Shown: one piece after another, positions 1-12,045 of the stretch
Layout: every line of letters starts with the position of its first letter
Position numbering within the stretch: position 1 is the first letter of the stretch
DNA from: Schizochytrium sp. TIO01
Taxonomy: Eukaryota; Protista; Bigyra: Labyrinthulomycetes
Direction of reading: 5' to 3'
Assembly (NCBI GenBank): GCA_004764695.1
Contig: SMSO01000031.1
Span: 4,564,436-4,628,435, forward strand
Length of the DNA stretch: 64,000 bases
Program-made: the position numbers and the translations under genes
Notes under the pieces: model-generated
Seen by the model: only the letters and a program-made list of their open reading frames with translations
Told to the model about the DNA's origin: nothing
The model's database searches: none

Positions 1-141
1 GCAATCAATATTCTAGGTGACCACACATTGTGGTATGAAACCGTGGGTCTTGACGACGTCTACCTTACGGCTACCTCCACAGGTAGGTCTAACACCTTGC
101 CCGAAAAGTGCTTATGCAGTGTTGTTGGGACCCAGTGCTAA
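1..141 (+). CDS. 3' end of a CDS entering the window; possibly a laminin IV/B-like domain protein
   Basis: Frame 1 is open from base 1 to TAA at 139-141: AINILGDHTLWYETVGLDDVYLTATSTGRSNTLPEKCLCSVVGTQC*. ILGDxTxWYETVGLDxV resembles the last strands of laminin IV type A (laminin B) domains. It is followed by a T-rich 3'UTR-like sequence and is not in the ORF track. Confidence 0.55.
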   Translation, partial: AINILGDHTLWYETVGLDDVYLTATSTGRSNTLPEKCLCSVVGTQC

Positions 142-721
142 AGCGCGCTTTTCAGTCCATATCTTTTTGAAAAAGATGATGATGATCTTGCTGTGTTCCT
201 GTTCCCTCTTCCTCTTTTTCCCTGACGATGATTCGTACGTTATCAAATTTAGAATTATATTTGTGTGTGTTCATATTCGTTCTTATAGTTCAAATTTGCA
301 AGTGAGAACACTGCAATATTTTTTTATTTTGCATTTTGCAATGTATCAGCGTGAATGAAGATTCCATGTATCCTGACGAGGATCTTGGCAAGAGATATTA
401 TGATTTTGCTTTATAAAGATCAGATTTGAGTTATATATAACATTGGCGTTTAAACGGTAGTATTTGGACAAACGTCCACTTGATTTGGGCTCATCATGTG
501 TTTGTGTATGGCTTGAGCGAAAATAAAACACAGAAGCATCCAGTTTTGAATACCTCAATTGGGCCTACTTGAATCTTGGCAAATAGGCCCATAATAAAAA
601 ATACATTCTTGATCCTCTGTTCACACACTGCTTACCAGAAAAAAATGATCATAGGGGAGTGATCAAAAGTCTGGATAGACGATCCTTTTCCTCCTTTTTT
701 TCTTTCCTCTTACTATTTTTT

Positions 722-2362
722 TTAAGTAGCGTCGAGTGGAACTCCACCATGGAGCACCGACCATGCACGGTCAGTATTAGCGGTAAAATCAGCATATATC
801 TTGTCGATAGAGCTTGTTAGGCTGCTCTGAGTATAGCGGTTCACAGTTTCTTCAGATCCATCAGTAGAGTAATCATAGAATTCAGGAAACCCTTTCCCAT
901 CTGAAACCGAATACAGAGTCTCATCCTGGGACTTTGATTGAAGATTTCTCTTAAAGGCCATGTATTTCGTATAGCGATAGTACATCGTTCGTAGTGAGTA
1001 CCCCATAGTTGTTCTCTCAAGTCCATTGTTTTTTTTATGAGCCCAAAATTGTGATACGGCTGCAGAGCGTACTGAAGTTGAAGACGACTTGAGCGTGGGC
1101 ACAAGACTTACTCCCGAGCGTTCTTGATCACTCTGGTCGTCAACGTTGCACAGTTCAAGAAGTGTTGGAAAAATATCGTCGCCTTGCACAGGATACGAAA
1201 CAGTAGATCCAACAGCGTTGCGGAGCTTTGGAGATGCAGCCATTAAATTTGCTGATGGAACAATTGCCATTGGTACGTGTGTCGCACCATCGTACAGCGT
1301 TTTCTTTCCCCAAATCCCATGATCTCCCAAATGAAACCCATTGTCTGAAACGAAAACAATAAGAGTATTTGCTGCCAAGCTCTCCAATGCTGGTTCTTGA
1401 AGAACATCCATGACTCGTCCAAGCTGTGCATCCATAAATGAAACTCCTCGGTAGTAGTGACGAATACGATCAGCGGACGAAATTGACGCATAGTTTTTGT
1501 ATCTTGTAATTTCATAACTACCTGGGTCTGAAAAGCTATTTGCCTCGTCTGTGAAAAAGGTTAAGTTTGTTCCATCAGATGCGCGTTCAACAAGCTCATC
1601 GTCAGGAATGTCCTCAAGGAAGCTAGAATAACTCCTCGGGTAAATCCACGGCAAATGAGGCAAAGAGAAACCTACTGCAAGGAAAAATGGAGTATCAGAG
1701 TTTGCGAAGCTCCGCAATTCATTTTGTGCTGCCGTTGCCGAGCAGTAATCAACTGTGTATTTTTCCTTGTTGTTTGGAATGAGCATATACGCTTTTCCAC
1801 GGTTCTTCTTTTGTTGTTTCTTTTGCCAGGAATATTTTACTTTTGAAATATTGCAAGCGCTTCCATCCTTTTCCATTATTTCCAGGCTCACGTACTTATC
1901 CCATGAACAGTAAGTCGGGTTTGTATCTGTGCAAAGATCCAACTTTTCTTTTGACTTGAATGCACGAGGATCATACACCTTACCAAGTGCCACTGTGCGG
2001 TAGCCTGCCTGCCGAAACAGCCCAGGCAAGGTCATCATTGTAGGATTGTATGTGCGAAGATTGGATTCAAAATCCCACACACGGTTCATGTCTGGAAGTC
2101 TGCCCGTAAACATGGTAGTCCGTGATGGTGCGCATTCTGATTTAATCACATGTGCATTAGTATATTTCGCACCGCTATTCACCAGTTCGTCAATGCGTGG
2201 CGTACTTGCTAAGTCATCCCCAAAGGCACCTACGCCCATGTTGAGGTCATCAATGACAAAAAATAGCACGTTTGTCTTGTTGGCGGTCGCAGCATTTGTG
2301 AATGGCGAGCAAGTGGTGAGAACCCAAACCACTATTGCCACGAGTAACCTTGATGATCTCAT
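722..2362 (-). CDS. Secreted formylglycine-dependent sulfatase, iduronate-2-sulfatase-like (S1 family), copy 1
   Basis: First ATG is at 2362 (the track starts at an upstream TTG). Signal peptide MRSSRLLVAIVVWVLTTCSPFTNA. Motifs: NVLFFVIDDL (metal ligands), CAPSRTTMFTGR (C-x-P-x-R), GKVYD, GFSLPHLPW, SDNGFHLGDHGIWGKKT, MGYSLRT. Intronless. Confidence 0.93.
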   Translation of the reverse strand: MRSSRLLVAIVVWVLTTCSPFTNAATANKTNVLFFVIDDLNMGVGAFGDDLASTPRIDELVNSGAKYTNAHVIKSECAPSRTTMFTGRLPDMNRVWDFESNLRTYNPTMMTLPGLFRQAGYRTVALGKVYDPRAFKSKEKLDLCTDTNPTYCSWDKYVSLEIMEKDGSACNISKVKYSWQKKQQKKNRGKAYMLIPNNKEKYTVDYCSATAAQNELRSFANSDTPFFLAVGFSLPHLPWIYPRSYSSFLEDIPDDELVERASDGTNLTFFTDEANSFSDPGSYEITRYKNYASISSADRIRHYYRGVSFMDAQLGRVMDVLQEPALESLAANTLIVFVSDNGFHLGDHGIWGKKTLYDGATHVPMAIVPSANLMAASPKLRNAVGSTVSYPVQGDDIFPTLLELCNVDDQSDQERSGVSLVPTLKSSSTSVRSAAVSQFWAHKKNNGLERTTMGYSLRTMYYRYTKYMAFKRNLQSKSQDETLYSVSDGKGFPEFYDYSTDGSEETVNRYTQSSLTSSIDKIYADFTANTDRAWSVLHGGVPLDAT

Positions 2363-5300
2363 GACGTCCAAAACGTACGTACTAAGCTCTCCCTCTGTCT
2401 GAGCACGAGGTCACACCCTGTAAGGCTATTGCAGGTCCTTGCGCTAGGGAGTACTTCACAGCAACACAACAACACAACTTAACTTACACAAGAAAAGGTA
2501 GTAAGTTCAAATCGTCGATTGCAGTTGTGTTCTGCCTTAGCTTCTTCGATAACTTGCTTGCTTGCTTGGCTCTCTGCCAAGGAGAACTTTTGTGCAGCGG
2601 CTGCACCCTAAGTGGTGCGCGTTCCTATTGCTTTGCTTTTGGTTTTTGGCTTTGTTCTCTGACTTTCAAAACTTTGTTTTTACTTTCTTGTTTACTACGT
2701 CGATGCCAATGGTAATCAATGCTCGGTGAGTCTTAGTTTTGCTCGGAAAAGACAGTGCTTCGAAGTGTTGACACCAGATGTTCGCAAACGTAGCGTCGCG
2801 AACATCCATACTACGTCTACTCTACCCCGGAGAATCTACAGTACCTGGACTGCGTCTCAAGAGCTCTGCTGCGTACCAGTGCAGCTTATGAGCTTGCACA
2901 AACCTTGGTGGTTTATTTCCATTCTTTGTTGCTGTGGTTTTAAATTCATACTAGCCTAAAAACTCCGCGCTCCGCGGGCTAGCTGGCACAGTCCTATAGC
3001 TCTATACAATGACTGGTAGTCCTTTAGAAATTAAAAAAAAAAAAAATCGAAACATTTTGCAGTCACTTTTTTTGTGAACATTTTTTTTGGTAAACGAGCG
3101 ATTTATTAATTAATAAGTAAAAATGTATATTTAGGCCTAAATAGCTTCTTTATTACCCTTGGCCAACAAAGTACAATGGTTACCGATATATAGGTCTATA
3201 TATATACTAGTATATTAGAAAAGGAAAAGGAAAAGAAAAAGAAAAAGCTCAAAGTCGACATGTAATAAGAATAGTTCGAAAGAGTTTTTGTTTACTTACT
3301 TGATTTATTCCATTTTGGCTTTTTGCTTTGCTCTTCGAATGATCAAGTGAGCCATACTCAGCCACCAGCGCACCAGTGCAACTCAATTACAGAGTAGGTA
3401 GATAAGTCTCATGTCATGCATTAAGTTAAGACACTGACAGAGTCTTATCCTTCTAAACAAACTGCCGAATCACTTTACACGTGGGAGATGTATATAGGGA
3501 TTGCCAAGAGCCATTAAAGAGTCTTCAACGCGCCTCGCAAAGTTTCAGTGTCTTTTGATAGATACCAACATCTCCTTCACCGGTTGTCCGAGTCTTCAGA
3601 ACTTGATGATTTTATCTAATTTGGCAGGCAGGCTACCACGAGGTCCGCAATGAAGTAGATAATCAAAAAGCTTGTCTCTAAAACCTGCTGAAAATCAACT
3701 TACTCGTATATAAAAAAGAGGGATCGTCACATGGTTATAATTTATATATTGCTTTTTTCTCACCATTGGATAGAGATGAAAAGAACCAAACTTGACACAT
3801 ATAGCAGGTACCTAGGTTCTTTTTAAAATAAAATAAAATAAAAACGTCTCGTGGATGTACCGCGCCAAATCATGGATAGATTGCACAGGCCTCGTGCCGC
3901 ACATTGACGTTCATTGCTCTATTCTCACTTATGACACGGCGACGTGACTGCACTTTAGAGTTCATGAGTACCTCCATCAAAGGATTTAGTGTACTCACGG
4001 CCCGGGCCCCTCGCAAGACGCAATTGAGCAGTCAGGTGTATACCATCATATTTCTTTTGGCGCGGAAGACAAATGCACTCAGTCAGTCAGCCATGTTTCC
4101 TACATTAAAAAAAAAAAAAAACTTTTCTTTTTTTAAAATGGCAAACACTAAAAAAGGCAACAACCAAAGATGGTGTTTTTCTAATTGGTGCAAACAGAGA
4201 TGCAGTATTATATTGACTCTTCCCCTAGGTACCTCGGCTTTCAAACCTTAAGTCATCCTCAACCTTATTCATGAAATGGAAAAAATAAATAAATAACAAA
4301 TTCGCTATAAAGATGCAAAAATAAGAACTTATCGATACGTCTAATTATACACTACAAGTAGTAGTGAGGAATTGATAATAATAATGTACATCTTTACTGT
4401 AGCATAGAGTTCTTTAAAAAGCTCTATGTCAACATTAAAAAAGTTTATTTGTCTTCAACGCAGAAAATCAAATTTCTTGAGGAAGCTGGTTGAACTCTTT
4501 CCTGCGGCTCTTACTAACAGCCAAGCAATCCAGAAAGTATGCGGCAATATTGCTAAGATCTCTCTGCGACCTTCGAGCAGCTCACAAGAATCAGAGCTTC
4601 ACTTGACGAGGACAAGTATGTGACTCACGGACAGCCCGGGGTCAGCGACACAGAACACCGAGTTCTTGGTTTGAGCTGCGTATGCGTATGCATGTTTTAC
4701 TATACAGTACTTAGACCATTATTAAACTTTTAAAAATACCATTGTTTCCATACGCTTGAAACCCTTTCAATATTGATCGTTCACGCTGCCACTATCAAAA
4801 TGAAATGCACAAAACAAAACAACGCACAGTCATAGCTATCATTCTTTTGCTCTGGAAAGCCATGTGCAGAAGGCTGCATGCTATGGGACATTGCTATTGT
4901 CCAGAAGGTTCTGAGTAAGAACTGAGCTCAAGCCACTTTTGCACTTCAGTGGAGGTACTAGAGTTTAGACTATATCCATATCAAGGACCATGCTGCGTTC
5001 ATTGCTGACGTTGCCAACGCCAGTTGAATATCCTGTGGTTTAGCGATGCTAACCAAAATTTTATTAATAGAATTCAGATAATAGAATTCAGATTGTAGAG
5101 TATCTTTGTTTGAGTGAGGCACGAGCTTACGTTTGGTAGCACACTTACAGCAATTATTTCAACAGCCAACGCAATAAGTGTAGGAACTTGAACCGATCAT
5201 AAATTCACTGGCTAAGTACGATTCATAGTTTTGCTGAGGCGAAGGCTCAAAGAGAGCATTTTGGTTGAATATTAGTAATGCCTATTAGATACTATTATAA

Positions 5301-7594
5301 AAAGCTCGAAAACCAGGTTTCATCATTCGATTGGAAAAAGTCGAATTCTTATTTGTGAATTTCATTACCCAGAGACTGCTACTACTACTTAGGAAGTCCC
5401 AAGCTTAAAGTAATGAAGCAGAGAGACACTTTTAAAGACGGATAAAAAAGAGCGACAGCCCGTGATCATATACAGCGGTTGGAGTTGTAAATAATGAAAG
5501 ACCCGTCCGTTCATTGTTCTCAAAGTTCAAAAAGGCGAAGGATTGGGTCTCGCTGACAGATCTTATTCTAGCTGAAGTATCTACTCCGAGTTATTTGTAT
5601 CGTGGCCGCAAAGTGCTCTTTTCAAGTTGAAGTTTCTTGCTCCGAAGAACTCCGACAGGCTCCCTGAGTAATACTCCTTTCGTTAGCCAACGCAAGCGTT
5701 TACCTAAGATCATTTTGAGTCAACGGGCGTCCCATTAATCTTTTCATTATATACCTATTTCATAGAAGTTATTGTAGTCAGGAAAAGAGCGAGGTGGGAA
5801 TAACTACTGGCAGTCCGTTAGAATCATGTGAAAACTCATCTCCTCCTCCGTGTCCTGGTCAAATGAAGCACTCTTCAATGTCAACTAAAGATGGCTCCAA
5901 GATGGAGCACCTTTCTTAAAGCAACCTGGCCTGGTTCTCTATACATTAATGATGCCGTCATATGAAAGACGTTGTGATCACAATAGTAGGTTCTTTTGGT
6001 GTGTAGTAGTCGCCCTATTTTAGAATTCTTTGAATTTGGAATAAAAACCAAAGCGAGAATAATAGGTATCTATCTCATTACCGAGGAGCTACATAGGAAG
6101 GTAGGTAACTAGTACCTCGTAAGACGGTCTTTCGCGTTTTCTTTCTCCTGTCAAAAAGAAGACTTGTTTTTTAATTAAAAAGAAGAGCCTCGCGCGGGTA
6201 ATAAGGGGCCTTTCAAAGTAAATTAAAAAATACAGGCCTAATATATTTATTTTTATTGCATAAAAGTTGACTCCGCGTTCAAGTTAGACTTTCTCCAAGT
6301 AAAGGGGTTGTTTTGACAAGTTCTTGGTGTAAACAAGTAAAAAGAGAGAGTGCCACAGGCAAAAACAAGAGCAAAGATAGCAACAAATAAAATAGATAAC
6401 TTGATTTGCCATGTGGCTTTGAAACTAAAGGTACTCAATTAAACCTAACGATTTTACTTTCCAACCCATGCAACGCAAGAGGTCGCGCAAGTCCTCAGCC
6501 TTGACAGAGAGCGAATCTCTATTCCAATTATCCTAGGACTACTGAAGCGCAGAGATGCATGGGTTTCTTTCTAGGAATGTTTTGGAGCAAGCGCGGAGCA
6601 AATAATTGATTTATTCTAAAAGTTGCTCGGGAAAGCAAGAGAACGTAGGTTGCTTCTGGCCAACAGAGATCAAGGTACAAACATTAGTATGATCGATACT
6701 TTTAAACCTTGGTGGGTATGGATGGTGCTGCACACCACTAATCAGATCCAAAGAAGAGCCGGGGCTCGAAACATCCTAGCTTCTACCGCTGATAGCTCGG
6801 ACATGACGTCTATGCCATAACTGCCAACGTGAAACCCTCATGAACTGAAGATGAGCCATGGTGGTGAGAACTTGGGGAAGCTACAGCTCCAAGGGACTGT
6901 GGAGGGTCTCACCTGTCTTGGGTCTGTTAGAGCCACCTAGGGAATAAGGGATATGCGGTATGCCCCGTCTGCTTTCATTTAACTACCTACCTACTAGATA
7001 TGAGGTACCTGGGTATAAGGTACCTTGTTTACAAGGACAACTTGACAGCACCGCTACAACAAGTCAGGAATTGAGCAGTGCACTCAGAAACGAAACGAAT
7101 TACAAGAAAAAAGAAGAGAAAGTAAAAAACGCTGTCTCTATTTTGCCATATTCCATCTTGCCTTTGACAGAAGCTATGCATCCCGAGGTTTCCTTCCTTC
7201 CCTTCGGGGCCAAGTCAGACAACTCTTAGGAGGTTTACGGCATGTTGCTTCTCTCTTCAAGTTCAACATGGTTATCTCCGATGCCCAGTACGTAGTTACC
7301 CGCTCTTGAAAGCCATGTCATCAACCCAACTCGTGTTCGAAACGTTCTTCCCATATAATAGGCCTATTAAAAGTCTTATCAGAGCCTGGATAGCCCACTT
7401 ATGAGAAAGTAGGCCTTCTTAACTATCCTTATTCTTTTTATAGTTGTTCTTTTACCTCCCTACATCTATGAGAATAGCAAAAAATGTTGCCATCGAAAGC
7501 GTTTTTTAAAATTGCCATTTGATTCGTCGTCGTTGATTTCTGACCTCTTTGTGCTCAAATCTTCATCGCGCGGCAAGGCTGCAGCCCGGGCGCG

Positions 7595-9204
7595 ATGGAC
7601 GAGCTACTGGACCAGGCGCAATCTTCGCGCCTGGAGTCCGTCCATAGCCTGTTCGAGGCACTAGCCACGGTGGAGAAGGCTCCTGGAGTTGCTCAGGATG
7701 AGGCTACTCTGTGGCATGCGTACGACACGGCGAAGCGAAAGCTCGCAGAGCTCTTGGATGGCGAGGAAAGCGCCGAAGATGAACCCTTTAGGGCTTCGAC
7801 ACCACGCAAAGGTTCCTACGCAGGCCGCAGGCATGGTCACGATAGCGACTTAGTTTTAGTCCATGGCAATCACAACATGGACGATTCTGAGAGCATGCAA
7901 AAGATAGTTTCGCTCTTTCATGAAGAAAGCGATGTTTTGCATAGAAGGATTTCCGACTTGAAGCAAGAGCTTTATAAGCGCAACAATCTGCAAAAACATG
8001 CAGAGAATTTGAGGAGACAAGAGGAAGAAGAGGCTCGAAAAGCAGCTCAAGCTGAGGCAGAACGAGTCGAAAAACAGCGGAGAGAAGCGGAGGCAAAAGC
8101 AAGAGCTGCTGCAGAAGCTAAAGCAGCTAAGGAAAAAGCACAAGCTGATGCCGAAGCTAAAGCAGCTGCTGAGGAAGCTGCGCAGCTGACAGCAAAAGAT
8201 ATTATTGAACTTAGCCTTTCGAGACGCAAAGCGTATGTGGCTCGCAAACCTGAAGTGGTTGACTTTTCAAAGCGTTTTAAGAAAATGGTCAATGGGTGCA
8301 ATCTGATGGTGCAAATGACGGGCGAGACAGTGCAGGATATGAAAAAACTTGGGTATGAAGGTAACCATCGGAATGCAGGTGCAGGTACATTTCTTTCAAT
8401 GCTTCAATCGAAAAAACCTGAGCTAATGGATGTTGGCATGCATGTGGTGGCCGATTGCATTATTCGCTTTCGGTACGACGCAAACTGCACCTGATAGCAT
8501 AAAGGCAGGTGAGACCAAATTTGCTCTGGTTTATCTTGTTGTGACCCTCAGCGTCAACTTTGATGGCTTTTATGAGCGTTTCATGGAGTCCATGACTCAT
8601 GCGTGTCCTTATATTTGCCCAGGCCTTCGCGAAGCACTCTTAGCTGAAGCCAAAGACGCAGACGCTGCAACGCTACGGTCTTTGTTAGCTTATGGCGCAC
8701 AAGAAACTAACGCAGACTATATTTCCCGCATGCAAGCCCATGTGGGATTTCTTGCTGGCGTTTATCAAACTTCAGTGTCAATGCTATCGAAGGCACCATA
8801 TGAAATGGTGCCTTCTGGAAGCAAACACCCGAGCAAGCAAGGCGGTCTTGTTGAGGCATGGCGTTGGATTGCCATGAGTCTGAATCGCCCTCCTAATCGG
8901 TGGACACCCCATTTGATCCTCGCTTTTGTCGCAGTTTCTGGGCACGAGCTTTCTCGTCACTTTCCGACACAAATGGTCAAATTGATCGATCTCTTGGCAT
9001 CTTCTAAATTCGTTGATAAGTGCAAAGAGGCTGGGCAAGCTCGACCTTGCTGACTCAGATAATGATGTAGATCGGTTCACTACGTACACAGAACTCTTTC
9101 ATGCCTTCGCAAAGGAAAAGAAGGTTCGTCCTCCTGGTCGTGTAGAGGATGGTCAGGATGTCCGCCAGCTCGTGCTCCAAGTAGCCTCGAACCAGGCGCT
9201 GTAA
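7595..9204 (+). CDS. GLE1: mRNA export factor GLE1-like nucleoporin, reading frame broken twice (+1 at ~8468-8470 and ~9033-9035)
   Basis: Three overlapping ORFs (7595-8494, 8430-9053, 9013-9204) join into ~535 aa. An E/A/K/R coiled coil is followed by GLE1 C-terminal motifs: HACPYICP, ETNADYISRM, GLVEAWRWIAMSLN, LILAFVAVSGHEL..HFPTQMVKLI. Confidence 0.85.
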
Positions 9205-10959
9205 TTTCATATAGTCTTCATTCTTATAACTCTTATATCCCTTTTTTAAAACCAATGTAGTCGCGATTTTCTATAATTCTCTTCATATGTATTGGTCACT
9301 TTCATGAATACATATCAAATAACGACACTAGGTGCGGCATTGGAAATCCTGAAATCGACTGGCCTATACCATGCTCTTCTGCTTTTTTCTTAGGAGAAAA
9401 TTTGGATGGGGTGGTTCATCTCTATAGTCTCCTTAATCAATAACATTCTATCACAGAATGATCCAGTGCTGTTTAGAACCACATAAAAATTTGACCATCA
9501 TTTGGACTATCTATAGATACCTCTAGATTTCATAGGGCTGCTGCTAACCATCAAACATAAGAGGTTTTGTTATAAAAAACCAACTTCATGAAATCTCTCT
9601 GATGACTTGAATTTCGTAGAGCGCAAAGCAAAGAATGTAATTCTTAGGTCATTTGATTGCCTTGCACTAGGGTAGGAAGCATGTTGAGTATGCTACTACT
9701 TTGTTCTGTTTAACACATAACCAAAGAGAAGAACTTGCTATCACATAGTTCACTCTTTATATCGTACAATTGTATCTTCTCTTGCCATTTTGTGCATGAT
9801 TTACTACTATTACGGATTTTAAGTCCTATAATTGTACCGAAACCAAATCCTGGTGTATTCAGTGAATACGGACATCTTCACAACTCCTCTGGCATTTTCA
9901 TTTTCCTGGTTGACGGCCTAATCGTACATTGGATATGTCCTGAGCCTAATCTCTTCGGGGCCAGGATGTCATATAAGAAAAATAAAGCAGGGCTTGCAGG
10001 ACTTTACGTTTATTTGATTTTACATTTTGGTACAACATGTTGCAGATGATAGTTGATTCGTGCCAGGAAATTGCATCTCAAAGCATCAGACACAATTTGT
10101 TAGGCATCTACTCGTCCACAAACTCTATCCAACTCGTACCTACCCACGCAGTGGCTAAATAGCAACACATAACATATCATAAGCGAGTCATTTAATTTCC
10201 CAGGAGAAGGTCTACCCTACTTTCTAGGCTAAGACAAACTACTGGCACTTATGGAGTAAATTCAACTCGGGAGTGAGGTCAGGAATCCCCAGCAATATAA
10301 CTTGATAAATACACGGTCCGAGACCACAAGAATAAAAGAGCTTTAATTACCTTTGCCTGGAAGCTCCAAGAAGGGAGTGCTCGCTACCTATCCGACCATG
10401 AAGCTGTAGGAGAGGTCATTCTGTTGCCGGTAAAATGAGGGAGTTGAGTCTGAACGTGCTTGTTGGCAACCGATGGAAAACATGCAATGGGCAGTTAAGC
10501 TCATTTTCTGCACGGTGCTTTCCATGGATTCTTTAACTGTCAGTATAATAAGCACAGCTGAATTGCTAAATAAATTCAGTCATCTTACCTGCATAGTAAA
10601 TCGGCTCAGATAAGAATATTCGTTCTGAAGTGAATCAACAGAGTCTTCTTATGTTTAGGTATTAATCAAGGTCTACCGATTGATTCTGTTAAAATAATTC
10701 ATGTTGAAGAAAGTCGATCGATTGTCACATATGCAAAATCGTGGTTTGCTGGTAGGTTTAGTACCGTTGTTAATGTGTTGCGATATCGCACAATTTCAAG
10801 TGCAAGATTTATGAAGTTCATTTATTATCATGAGACAATAGCAAGAATGTGTCATAGATGTACGGTTTGAAGACACAGAAGAGCTGAAAGAGTCAAACTT
10901 TTGTCGCCTTGCGCCCTTCTACTTATAGCCTGTAGAATTGAGATGGATCATAGCCATTC

Positions 10960-11337
10960 GTATCACTTGAGCTAAAGAGTTTCGTGATAGGCAGCGGCCA
11001 ATCCACAACTCGCTATCTTGGTGACACAAAGTGTTTCAATTTATAGAGGTAGGCAGGCACCACCTTTCTCGTTCTTCAAGTTGTCCAGCACATCGCCAGT
11101 GCCGATGCCAGGCCTAGCTGCGAAAGTGTCATGTACTTACTTGTCCACGGTCCAACCTGAGGCATCTACCTACACGCTCGCGAAGTACAATGCAGGATTC
11201 ATCGTTGTCTTGCCACCCAAATCAAATGATTCCCCAAATCCATCGAATTCAACTGCTGAGCAGCTCATGATTTCCTACCCATCTTAGGCCCATACGAGTG
11301 CGGGGAAACAAAGGCAAGCCAAGATGGCGCCCTCCAT
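10960..11337 (-). pseudogene. Possible decayed gene for a secreted protein
   Basis: MEGAILACLCFPALVWA (signal-peptide-like) continues in frame as protein-like text (EIMSCSAVEFDGFGESFDLGGKTT...GTGDVLDNLKNEKGG) through several TAA/TAG stops. Confidence 0.25.
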
Positions 11338-12045
11338 GAGTCGCCAGAAGCCCCCCTCCCCAACATCACCTGCCGCACTGTTGTTCGAAGCAAAAGGTTG
11401 GAGCGAAGGAGTGTGGGGGGCTTTATGAGACTTTTTGTTCGATGTCATCAAGTTCTCCCAAGCCCAGGCAGGGAGGGCTGGGAAGAAGAGGATCAGGGTA
11501 GATGGGTATAAAAATTGACTGGCGCTATGGGAGTTACCTAATGCCAGGATACTTTGCTCTTCGATGTTCACAGCTACCTGCTTCCGTGGCTCTGGCAAGA
11601 TACGGGCGGTTTTGGCCTCCCTCCTTTCTTCAAGTCGACTCCTCATGTCATCTCTCTTTCGGAAAAGTGAAAATCCGTTATCCACAATCTCGATCGATCG
11701 ATTGCAGAAGGTACTGGTACTAGGCATTGTTTATGTTTTGACAATAACATCCTCGATGAGTTTTTTTGGTTATGTGCTCTTTCGAATAAATAGGCTAATC
11801 AATTTTTGAAGATTTGCCCGAAAGAAGAAAGTTGAAGCTTGGCTGGCCTTCCGCGCAGATTTAGGATGCTATGGGGTTTGAGATCCTTGCCATTATAAGG
11901 TACGCGCGTGGAGGCGCCATGTAGTAAATAAACATTGTACAGAGGTTGAAAAACTGGAGCGGCGTACTCTTACTCTTTGTATCGGTATTAGGTACGCGCT
12001 TATAAAACAATCGAATACTAGGTACTAAAACTAACCCGAAGCCGT

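Noticed and set aside
6705-6721. 16/17-nt match to sulfatase copy 2 (AACCTTGGTGSGTATGG), suggesting a fifth, decayed sulfatase
   Set aside because: No CAPSR or other motif downstream; a match of this length is expected by chance in a 64-kb self-comparison.
8430-9053. Micro-introns explaining the GLE1 frame breaks
   Set aside because: Single-base removal already gives a colinear GLE1-like sequence, and no GT..branch..AG unit resembling the window's real introns spans both sites.
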